From Tubiluchus corallicola (Eukaryota > Animalia > Priapulida): 64,000 bases of DNA. The notes under the pieces were generated by a model. It did no database searches. It worked only from the letters and a program-made list of their open reading frames with translations, and was not told the DNA's origin. The DNA is taken from assembly GCA_030141605.1 (NCBI GenBank), contig JAQGDQ010000024.1, positions 434,001 to 498,000 of the forward strand. Reading direction: 5' to 3'. Numbering within the stretch: the first letter of the stretch is position 1; each line of letters starts with the position of its first letter. Made by a program: the position numbers and the translations under genes. Positions 17,801 through 29,800 of the stretch are shown one piece after another.

Positions 17801-20800
17801 TTAGCAGACATGTCTGTATTTCTGTGGTAATAGTGCTATCTTTGAGTGCTGCTTGGCTACAGGGAACCACAGCGTGAAAATTGCTGGTATCACTTGCCTT
17901 ATAAGCATGGCAGCATATTAAGCGATACTTTCATAAATTTCTAAAGATTTCAATAGAAATCCTTCAAATTCTTAAAAAAAATTAACACTATTCGGGTAAT
18001 TAGACTGTTATATATATTTTCTTCTTACCCATTTTAATTTTTTTCACAGTCTGTGCACAGTTGGTAGTTTTACACATAGAAAAAAAAGAAATACAAACAG
18101 CGCAAAATCTGACGAAAATTTCTGTCAGATCAGGATTCTATCTGGATGCAATAAAATTACCGGATCTCAGGATCTGAAACAGGATCCGGTACATCCCTAG
18201 AATTAACAAATGAAAAAAGTAACAATGAAACTTCACTTAAAAACAGAAATACACGTAAACGCAACGCTTACTTGTAAACACCTTCATGATTTTCTATTTT
18301 GGCAATGATTTTTATATTTTTGCCTTCTTCTCCCAAACAGTCTCTTATTGTTTTCACACCATCAGCATTACGAATAAAACTTGCAAAAACAATATCAACC
18401 TGAAATGAAAACAGTAATAGCAGTTGAGTGGTTGCACATTAATATGACGAGGAAACTTTAGCAGCAGAAAATAATTATATATAAGATTAATTATATCAAA
18501 TAAACACCATTATGCTATTAGGGGGTTGTTAGTTATTACGTAAGCTATTATGCTATTATTAGTAAGCTGCATGTTTATTTCTAAAAACCGCCAGTGGCTG
18601 AAAATAGTAATAAGAATGCTGGAAACAACTAATTCACTGATGATTATACTGTACCTCAATGAATTGTTTTTGCTTTCACATAAACAAATCGTTTAGCATC
18701 ATAAGAAAAATGGCTGACTGCTAAGCTTTTCTTAATGCCCCCAATTAAAACAGAAAATGCAATTAAAGCTAAAATTACATATTTGTGTAATAATATTGTG
18801 ATAACATGATAAATGCACTACACTGTGTATCTGCAGTATACACAATCTTACAAAAATGTCCTCTATTTCTCTAGGTATAAAATGTAATTAATTTTAAGTC
18901 ATTTTATACAGGCACTTCAAAGCATATATTAAAACAACACAACTTTTATTAAAAAAAAATTAATTTACAACTGTTTAAAAAGTCATAAGAATGCTTAAAT
19001 TTAGTTCAAATCCATTAATTTTATTTTCAAATACTAAGCTAGCTCTTACTGTATCTATTGCTTTTCTACCGGTCTGCTTATTTCTTACTTATTTGGCTTC
19101 CTTGTTATACATATTTAGTGCATAATATTCTCTACTGTGGTCTTTGCCTATATATAAACTGGTTGTTTGTTTGTATATTGTACAACTGATGATGACATCA
19201 GACTGCTATTTAAACGTTCGACGTTTTAAACAGTTGTAAGTTAAAGCTTTTTAAATAAAAGTTGTGTTGTTTTAGTAATTAATTTTATTAAAAGCACTGA
19301 AAGTCTTGCAAAACAATGGCAATGGCTACCTACACCTTGCTCAACGCCAAACTCTAAGTCTGCTTTGTCTCTTTCTGATACGGCAGGTAGATCAACCATT
19401 ATGCCAGGTAGATTAAGTCCTTTCTTGCTCCCTAGCAACCCACCATTTGACACTTCACAGTCAAGAAAATCGTTCCCTAAACAAAAGAATTCGCACTGCA
19501 CCATGTTCAACAAATGCAGTTTTAATGCTCAGAGAAAAGCTGAATTATATAGTTTTCAAGAACGCCTTACAATATCTGCTTCTGCTAACGATGATTGCCA
19601 CAAAATTTACGAACAACTCGAAAAGTGAACAATTGGAAATAACAAAAAATGATATAATAGTCAAAATTTCGCAAGTTGCTCTTTAGGAAAAAACAAGTCA
19701 TTATTTGCATGCAATTTTATAACTGATAGTGTCTAAAACTCCCACCCCATTTCTATTCCACTGTAAACTAAAGCTACCAAACAGCCCCGAGCTCAATTCC
19801 CAAATATGAAATACTACTGTTATGGAAAATAATTTTCCTCTGTCAGTTTAATAATTATACAAAAAATAGTATTTAAAAATTATTAAAATCTATCGACAAG
19901 ATACCCACTAATCAACTACACTAACTTCGCAACAGTTATTGTAGTACAATTCATGACAGTAAAAAATAAACAACTAGTTAAATTTACATTGTCTTTTCTT
20001 AATTGCAGCTAACATACCTAGTTCCATAACTCTCATTGCAATGAGGCCATCATCGATGAAAATTTTATCGTTTTTCTTGCAAACTCTGGTGATATTTTTA
20101 TAGTCGACCCAGATGAGCGACTTGGTGCATTTCTCAATGTATGCTTCATCGGTGGTAATTCTTACTTTGTCATGCCGCTCCAATTTTATTGTAGCGGTAG
20201 CACCCTGGAAAAATAATGTGGTACTTCTCAGGTGAAAACGTGTGCACTACTACAAGAATACATTAACTCAGCAAAATTAAATTTGTGTTTTTTTATACAA
20301 TCCTAGATGTTTTTCAAACAAACTAGTGACAGTTTTGGATAAAACATTATAAAATTTAGCAACAGTTCATAATCAGATTTAAACGAACATAAGGGAAAAG
20401 AAAGACAAAATGTGGTAACACATTTTCTGCTGTAACAATTATTGTAGCTGGTGTGCTTTAAAGTAACATTAGTTAATTTATCGATCTAATTCCATTTTTT
20501 AAATTCCACATTTTAATAGAAGCTGGCTTAATTAACTGTCCTTTTTATTCACTTAATAACATGACTTAAATAGCAATGACTAACCAGTGATTCATGACAA
20601 TACCTTTGCATAGAATTTACTAGACTTCAGCCTATCCTAGCAGCAGATTTGATTAACTTTTAACATTAACATTAAAATTAATTGTTTTGTTTTTTCTAGA
20701 TATTGCAAAAACAGAGGCGCTAACAATTTATTGTAGTATAGTCTATTAAATGTGCTAATAAATCGGCTTCGAAATTTTTTTCTAAAGTATTATACCTCTT

Positions 20801-23800
20801 CGAGTAATCCAGTCCTGATTTCTGGACCTTTGGTATCAAGAGCAATGGCCACTGGTCTGTTTTGATCTTTAAAAGAAGCGACTGCCGACCGAATGTTGGC
20901 TATTGTCTCACCATGGTACTAGAAAAGTAATGAAATTTATTAAAAGAAAAGACTTGATTTTGTGCAGTGCTAATGACACGAAAGTTGGAGTAACACATGC
21001 AGACTGATCTTTTGTCATACAAAAGACCATGTTTTTTGAAATTATTACAACATTTAGATAATAATTCGATTATCGACAGGATTCGATAATAATAATTCTC
21101 TAGTAGAGAAAATCCCCTGATAATCCCTGCGCTAATGCAACAAAATGGATTGCCAGCAGGCAACATTAACCGAAATCCTAGTAGAGTTACATAAATCAGA
21201 GAAATAAAAGGTGGTAAACAGTGCAGACAGTCTCATGCACAGACTGGAATAAAAATAGATAAAACTATGTCATAACGTTTTGTAATTATCGTGCTAACCC
21301 ATTCTTTCTTTGGAATAGCGGAAGCATTTAATGTCATCATGACACTTTAATCAACTGCTTATAGAATTATTAATGGCCCCATATTTTTGTTAATAAAAGT
21401 GATATGTCATTGAAAAGTGCAATAAAGAGACGAAATTTATGAGTTGGCTAATCGTTGCCATAGTTACCATTTAAATGTGTTCAAAGTGCAACTGCAAAGA
21501 TTGAAATAAGCAAGTAAAAGGTCAGGTGGCATCCAATTAAAGGACCGACAAATAAGAAAATTATATTAATTAGGCATAATATGAATTTATTGCATCAAAA
21601 ATCTTGATGTGTGGCTTATAAAGAGCAAATGTTGAACTCATGCATCTACAAAGAGGCCATTAGGAGTTGCTTGTGCACCTCATTCTCAGCTCTCTCTTCA
21701 ATGTCCAGGACAAAGCCTAGACAGCTGACAAACGTCTTGCAAAAGAAAGGGGCACGGGATCTTATGAAAAAAATATGTTTGTATGTTTAGCAGTGTCCCA
21801 TATATTTCTCTAAAGGTCTTCGCATATTACAAAAAGAATTAAAGAATGGCTTCTTTGCTACGATCATTAATGCGAGCTTGAAAGTCATTTCAAAGATTGC
21901 AAATAATATCCAATAGGTTTCTTCAGTTTGAAGGAACAGAGCAGAAATTCTGAATGAAGTTCCAAAATAATTTTCCAGTAAAGTTATATCAACGGCAATC
22001 TTACTTGTTTATAAAAGTCAGGTTAGCAGGAAAGAAAATTCTCAGTAATTTAATAATTTGCGCAAACGAGCAAGGATCAGGATTCCAAAATCCCTACATG
22101 GACCAATAGCTAGTGGTTCTTATTCAGGTCATTGAAGAAATAATGTACAATAACTTGTTTTTACTAAGTTAGTGACTTGAACACTACTAGTCCAGCACCT
22201 AGCTACATGCATTGCAAAATGTACAGAATACATTTTAACTCATTAAACTTGTACACATTACATGCATCTGATAATAAGAAAATTACAGATGATGAGTCTT
22301 GAAAATTGCCCGATACTCTTTCTGTCAGTGCCTTTTTTATATTGCAGTGTCTAACATTAAAGGCTTGTATGTTGTTCATCTGCATTAAATGGTATCCATA
22401 ATAGGTTATTTATATTGACAAAAATAAGACGCATACAGTGTGGTTTATAACTTCTTGCTATGGGGATACAAAAGCAATGAGTAATAGTACAAGTCAACTT
22501 AGTATACCAAAGTACAGCCCAAACAATAACAAATTTATCATGCCCTCAAAATATGGTTTAGAACCACATGTGTCTCCCACAGCCTGCAGTCCCAAGGATA
22601 TGGCTGGAGCAGCAACTCAAACAACTCAAACTTTTCCAACACTTCTTGCAGATATCGCCCAAGCTCATCCGTTGAATACTAATCAATAGCATGTTAATTG
22701 TCATCTTAGAGTCCACTCTGTTTTTTGGAACGGCTTCAATGGAGAAGTTGAGTTGCAGTAAATTCAATCGAAAGAATTAATCCCAGGGTTTTCAGGTCAC
22801 TGCTTCGATCATACCCATCAAGATGGCGGATTGTGCGAGATGTGCGGGGCTTTCACACTAAACTTTAAGTGCTTTTTTGATGCAATAAATTGTTTTACAG
22901 TGTCACTCGTTGTTTCTGTAACCCTCTAGCACAAAGTATTCTACCACCCTATGCATTCATGCAGTGAAAAATTTCTGTGAAATTCAAATTGAAACCAGTA
23001 AAACAATAAATATTGTCATTTAAGCCAGGCTTTCATGCAATTTGCGACTTCAGTGACTATCCGAAAATTTTTAAGCCCAACGGTTGCCAAACATGCGCCA
23101 GTCGCAAAAAGGTCACTGGCTTCAGAATTTTTTTTTAAATGTTTAAAGTTTGTCGTTGGAGTCGCAAAACTGTTGCGAAGTCGTTGTACCATGCACCAAA
23201 CGTTTGTAAATATGTTGCAAAATATTCTTGACGTTTGTCAACAATATCAGAATCCGTGAAAACACTGCAGCTATTTTTCGACCATTTTGCGACATTTTGG
23301 CAAACCTCAGTTATCCAGCACTATTACTGCAAAAATTCCATGAAATTTTTCTTCGAATTGTCGGACATTCGCCTTGTCCGCATAAGTACTGCAGAAGTTG
23401 CCAAATGTGTGCAAACATGTCGTGCAAAGTTCGTCCAACATTCTCATGATTTTCTCTCCAGAAATTTACAAAAATGTAGCGAAAGTCGCAGAAATATTTT
23501 GGTCGTTGATGGAATTAGAAAATTCGATTGTACAAAAATATTCACGGCTCCATGAAATCCTGGCTTTAGTGATTGAAAATTGGAAAAATGTGGCACTTGG
23601 CAGTAATTACAACTTATAACAATAATTACCACTTTAGTTACCAATTCACTGTTTTATTAATAGTGAGTCACGGGAACGCTTTGCAATCTTGTGGATAATG
23701 TTAATCATTACCCAATTTATAACTGATAAAATGACCAAAAGTGTAGAGCGAGACAGCAGTTTTAGTGGTTATTTGATTCACTGTCACCTGGGACAATTTA

Positions 23801-26800
23801 CCTAAATTATTTAACTCACATATCAGACAATCAATAGCTGTGCACAATCAAATAAGCAGCAAGGTGTGTGAAAGAATCAATATTTTAACTTACTTCGTAG
23901 GAGCCATGGGAGAAGTTTAGACGAGCGATATTCATTCCAGCTTTCATCATTTCTCTCAAGGTGTCCACTGAACGTGATGCTGGCCCTGTGTCAAATAAAA
24001 CAAATTTTCAATCAGTGCAGAGATTCTGAGTTTTAAGTACAGTTCAAAATTGCTGAAGTCATTGTGCACTTAGCATGATAATATACTTCACTTATTTGAT
24101 AGTCAAATTGTCAAACTGGTAACAAGACAAGACAAAGCCTTACAAAATCATACTTTTTTACAATTTGCCACATTTAGTAATTAAAATGGCTTTGTAGTAC
24201 AAAATTATAACTGTTTTTGCAGAAACGAGAATAAACATTTTTAAATAATTAAACCAACTGCTATTTTTAATTTGTATGTTAGCCTGTCCTATGCATCACT
24301 TTCCTTTTTAATAAAAGTTAATTTTCTTTTACTTTTAACAAAAAGCAAGACATCTATGAGACAGACAAACTACATAGTTGCATAAATGCATGTTTCCTTT
24401 GTAAATCAAACTTACCTACGGTACATATTACTCCGGACTTTCTAATAAGATGAGGTGGTGAATCGATATCAAGAGCAGCGATGTGTTCAAGATGAGTAAC
24501 CTGATCAGCTGCCTGTAATTGTTGTTCCTGTAGTAGATAATCCTCTGCTTCCAGCACTAACCGAGATCCACTCGGGAAGCTGGCAATCCGCCTCTGCAAA
24601 CATAAAAATGTGTTTAAATTGAATTTCACTTACACATATTACATTAACTGTTTTGTCTACTGATTGTGTCATAATTATTTCCTGCTGCCAACTTCTCTAA
24701 TATTTGTGAGCTTTCTCATGAAAGCACGTGGAAAAAGCAACAAATAATGCAAAAAGACAGTAAGTTACCATAGTTCTAGCAAAGAAACTATATACATGTA
24801 GTTCTAAAAAAATCTGGCATAGCTTAATACCAGTAACTCACCTATAATGTTTCCAAAAGTCGATAAAAATGATGCACAGATTTAAAACGGTAAACTTATC
24901 TCATTCTAGCTAACTATATAACAGGTATATTTTCATTGCTTGTGTTAGTTAAAACAATTAGATCAGTGCTTGTCTTACACTCCTTCTACTGATAATCATA
25001 CCAATTTTTCTCCAAAATTGTAAGTAAGTGTGTGCTAAATCAAATGAATATTAATTAATATGACACAAATATTATTTTGGTAATCACATATAACAATTTC
25101 ACATCATAGCATTGAATCTTGGACTTCCAATGCACAAGGCAGTACAAAAACACATAATTAAAATAATACAATCTCATAGAATCACAAAAATGAACATATA
25201 AATAAAATGCATGTAATTAAACAATACTTTGCAAAACAAATAATTTCATTAAAGTACAGATTGAAAGTATTGGTAATTCAAATTCCACATAGCAAAACCA
25301 TTCTATAGCAAAACAAAAGAAAAATAAAGAAAAACATAATACACAAACTTTTGCTCAAAAATTAAGCTGCGACAGAAACACATTATTAAAGGTCTAATAA
25401 ATATAAGCGTTACAACATTCAACATCTTACCATCACTAAACCCTCATAAGCATTTAAGGAAGCCATAGTTTGCTTTCGATGTCCACTACGATACCCACTA
25501 CCACACGGTCCACACCCTGCACCAGATAAAAGTGTAAGAGCTGAACCTATGTTTTCGGTTGACCGTTTCAGAACTTGTCACATCAAAATGGCTATGTCTT
25601 TACAGAATTAGGTGTATTGGAACTTCTACTCCACCGAGATCCCATTCTTGAACCTAAACCTCTGCTATTGTGCAGCCATTTGCAAAAGCCAGTACTCCTG
25701 GAGTTCTGCAACGTAATGCAATGACACAATTCCTTAAGGGAAACTCTTCTCTGGGCGTTGAGGCGATCTGTCCACACTGGTCAGAATACATCACAAGACG
25801 TGAAATTCTGCATAGGAGACATGCCTATTACGCTGTCACTATAAACAGCAGTGTACGGTGTGGCTTCTTATATCAGAATTGTGTATTGATCCACTAGCAG
25901 ACAGTAGTAGGGAGAATTTGTCCGTTGACAGTGTCACATATGAACCGTGCAATGTGCCATAATTGCCATGTTAGTGTGTCACAGTCTACTGCTTAGTATG
26001 TGATGGCATTTTCCAGTTCAAAATAATAACACACAGACAGTTAGTCAATCTCATGGAAATTCCGTCGTAAGTGTCTGCCCCTCTAAAGACGTCAGACATA
26101 ATGGGGAGAATGAATGATTACGGAGTGGATCAATATATGCATTTCCAGTCTAATCACAGCAGCTGATTTTGAGTAATGCGACATGTAACTGAAAACTAAC
26201 AAGTTTCTCAGTAAAACATCTCTGCTGGCTATTAAATAAGGCAGTATAAAATGGCAAGTAAATGACAACTACAATCACTGCAAAAGCAGCTAAACCCTAT
26301 TTCAATCAACACAAGAAACAAGCATGAGTGACAAATTCCAATGCTTAAAACTGCTGAATTTAAAGAGCAGGTATGAAAAGCATGTCACACGTGCTGCCCT
26401 CTGCTGTACTACCAGTGAAACATGTTTCAATCAATGATTGCAACCGATTTATGTGCAATGTCAACATTTGACAAATGAAGCATTAACAGTATACTGTAAA
26501 GCGAACCGTAGCATGATAACGAGACAGCCGTAGCCATTATCATAGCTCAATAACAGATTTCAGCATAATAATTTCTAGTAAGGTACAGTTACTGGCTAAA
26601 CCTCAACAGCCTGAATATCAGAGGTTTACCTTTGAAAACACATGTAAGAGAAATCAATGTGTGATAATGAGGCTGCCGTACCTGTTATAGTAGCTCAATA
26701 ACAGAATTCAATGTACCTCTAATATCTAGCACTCGCCAAAGCTAGAAAATCTAAATATCAGACCACGAGAAAATAATTTCAGACACCCGATAAAAATGAA

Positions 26801-29800
26801 GTAGCAACCAAATGAAAGAACTTGTGGTAAGCTCCCCTTATTGACTGTTGTTGTACAACTCTAGAGGCATGTATTAAAAATAGTACATGCAGATTGGTCA
26901 AAAGTGAAACATTGCAACTTACCGAAATGTAACGTATCACTAGGTGTTGTTGATGAAGACTAGCATGTGTGCTAATGTTTATTATTTTAAAAACTGACTT
27001 ATGCGTGCGCTGATAAACACAACAGTCAAACCTCTTTATACAGCCACTTTTAATTGCAAAACAAGTTGGCATTAAACGTGGTGCATTAATACATATGTCT
27101 TATGCAAATAGAGACATTTTGTATTGCCAAAAATCTAGGTTTTAAGCGAGGTTGGCATTACAAAGGGGGCGTGATAAAAATTCATGTAAGTAGTTATAAG
27201 TTGCAAAGTAAACATTACAAATTAAAACTGACATTACAATTATAGGTGATAAGTGATATTATGTATGCAGTACACATGCTATTTGTGATATACATATCAT
27301 GTAGTGGCCTACATTAAAAGCCAAAAGGATCACAGTACAGTTAAATCTCTGTTATAACAAGGTACATTAAAAACATATACATGTCTATGCACATATAGAC
27401 GCTTTGTTTTGGGAGAAATTCGAATTTTAAGCAAGACTGGTACTATAAAGGAGGATTATCAAGCAATTTGACTGTATGTATTTGAAATATGAAAAAAACA
27501 AGAATGCACTTGGAAATGAGCTTGAATATAAATGGCAAATTGGCAAATACAATAACAGTTGCCACTACACAAATTATCGGCACTTGAGTTTTAACTTTCA
27601 TACTTAAGATATTTAACTAATTAATGAATAAAGTAAAATAAAAAATAATCCAAATGAAATCTTTGCAAAAAGTAAAGCACTAAATTTTTACAAAATTAAA
27701 TTTGCCAAAAAATTATAATATAATTTTCAAAATGGCTATCAGATAAACCTGGATAAATTGTGATAGTGTCCCAGTTTGTTACATGCTAATACAAGTAACT
27801 TACCTCAATAAGCGGAGTCATGGGAAGCGAAAGCGGATCCATAATAATAATAACAACTGTGCTTATAAAATAGTAGAAGGTTAGTAGGTCTCAAAAGAAC
27901 AAGAACACTCCAACCAAATTACAATGGTTACAACTATAAAAAGAGAAAAAGGTCAAAGCATACGTGCAAGCAAATGAAAGTAGAAAAAATCAGCAGAAAA
28001 GCCAACCCAATGACAAAGCAAGTTTACCCATAGTGAAACAGCATGTAATTCAGAAAGCACAAAACAGTAAAAAGGAGCCTCATCATTTATAAAGATAATT
28101 CAAATGATCGAAATAATTGTGAAGAAATTAAGCGCCATTCACATTTAAGTGACTATAAACCATAACTCATCTACCTGAAAAAATTCAAGCAGATTATTTT
28201 GACAGAATGCGCTAAAAGCAACAGCCATTAGTTTTGACATAGGAACCACTTGTTTGAGCATTATGTTAAATTATCCTATTATTAATAAACATTTTGCTAG
28301 TTTCACGTCGCAAATATTTTAATTTCAGTTCTGAGTCAATCATATTAACAATGCTAAATTCTGAATTTCCCACTGTCACTATTGAGCATAAAATTGGACT
28401 TTGTTAAAGGATTCATGCACATGCAAGATAAGGCAATAACAAAATCTTTTCCCAAATTTTCTTTAACTCATACTACCTGTATACAATCACACCGTCGTCT
28501 CCCATAAGATCTCTGACTTCCACTACTACTGGAATCTGGTAGCTCAAATTTTACACTGCCACTTCCAACAGACATTTTGGGATGAACAGGAAAAATAGGC
28601 AACAGTAAAGGACTTTGGGAATGCAGACACTCCAGCCAACATCAATTCATATTCACTATCAAGCAGAATGTGGGTAAGATTTTAAAGTACATTAAGAGCA
28701 CAAAACGATAATCACAAAGCAATGTAAATGTCTGTTAAAGTACGAAGGCATTAAAAGAACAAGCTTTAAGTAAAAAAATGCGCAAGAACAGGTTGGTTTG
28801 AGGTGGTGCAATTTAGTAGAGAAACAGTGCATTAAAGTGAGAAAAGTGTTGAAAACTAATAATACTCGTATAACAACTTTAGGTAATGTCAGATTTTGGT
28901 CATGCCGTTTTTCTGCTTGTCTTGAAAAATTTAATCACCACTTCATACCTCTATTTAAGCCTTGGGTTGACAAAATCCTAAACCAAATTCTAGTCACAGT
29001 ATCAATGGGGTAAGAGTATGCACAAACTATGGTAAAATCTGGGCTACTGACAAGCTCAGAGGATATATTTCATCAGCAGAGTTTAGTTCATAATGTGCTT
29101 AAGTAAGTACTAACGTTTTTTCCTCTATCTAAATTTTTACCTGCCCAACTTCCAAGGCCAAATAAATCTTTTCTTTTTCATCATTTTTCGACTTACTACA
29201 TAAATAAATAGCACAAAGCAAAAGCAACATACTGATAAAGTAACCAAAAATATCTTCAGTGCTGCTAAGTCATGCCAGAATATAAAACATTGATAAACTA
29301 CTTGTCTCATTTGAAAGAAGGTGATTGATCAGCAGCTAACTTTATATGAGGCAAACTTGTAACGGGATTCTGGACTTCTTATTTAAGAATTTACAAGCAA
29401 GCAAAGATATTAAAAAAGGTTGTGTTCGCAACTCTAAGTGTTTCAGACTTATAAATTTTGACAGGGGTCTTAACGGACAGCAAATTAGCCATATATGAGT
29501 TACACAGACTTTCACAGAGAAAAGTTTGTACATAAGAAAGTTGGACACATATCAATTAATATAGTAATTTGAATGCAAGGCAGCTTAAACACGCTCTTTA
29601 AATGTATGGGAATATGGTACTTTGCCACAAGGTAGTTTTATATGCAAAAAATTTGGACACAAAATTTAAAGTTACAAGATGTACAAAGTACATAGTAAAT
29701 ATTTGAAATTGATAACTTTAGTGCAATAGTTCAATCCTAAAAACTGTACTATTTTCACTGCCTTAGGTAATAAAGATCCTTCATAAAAGTTCAGCTCATC

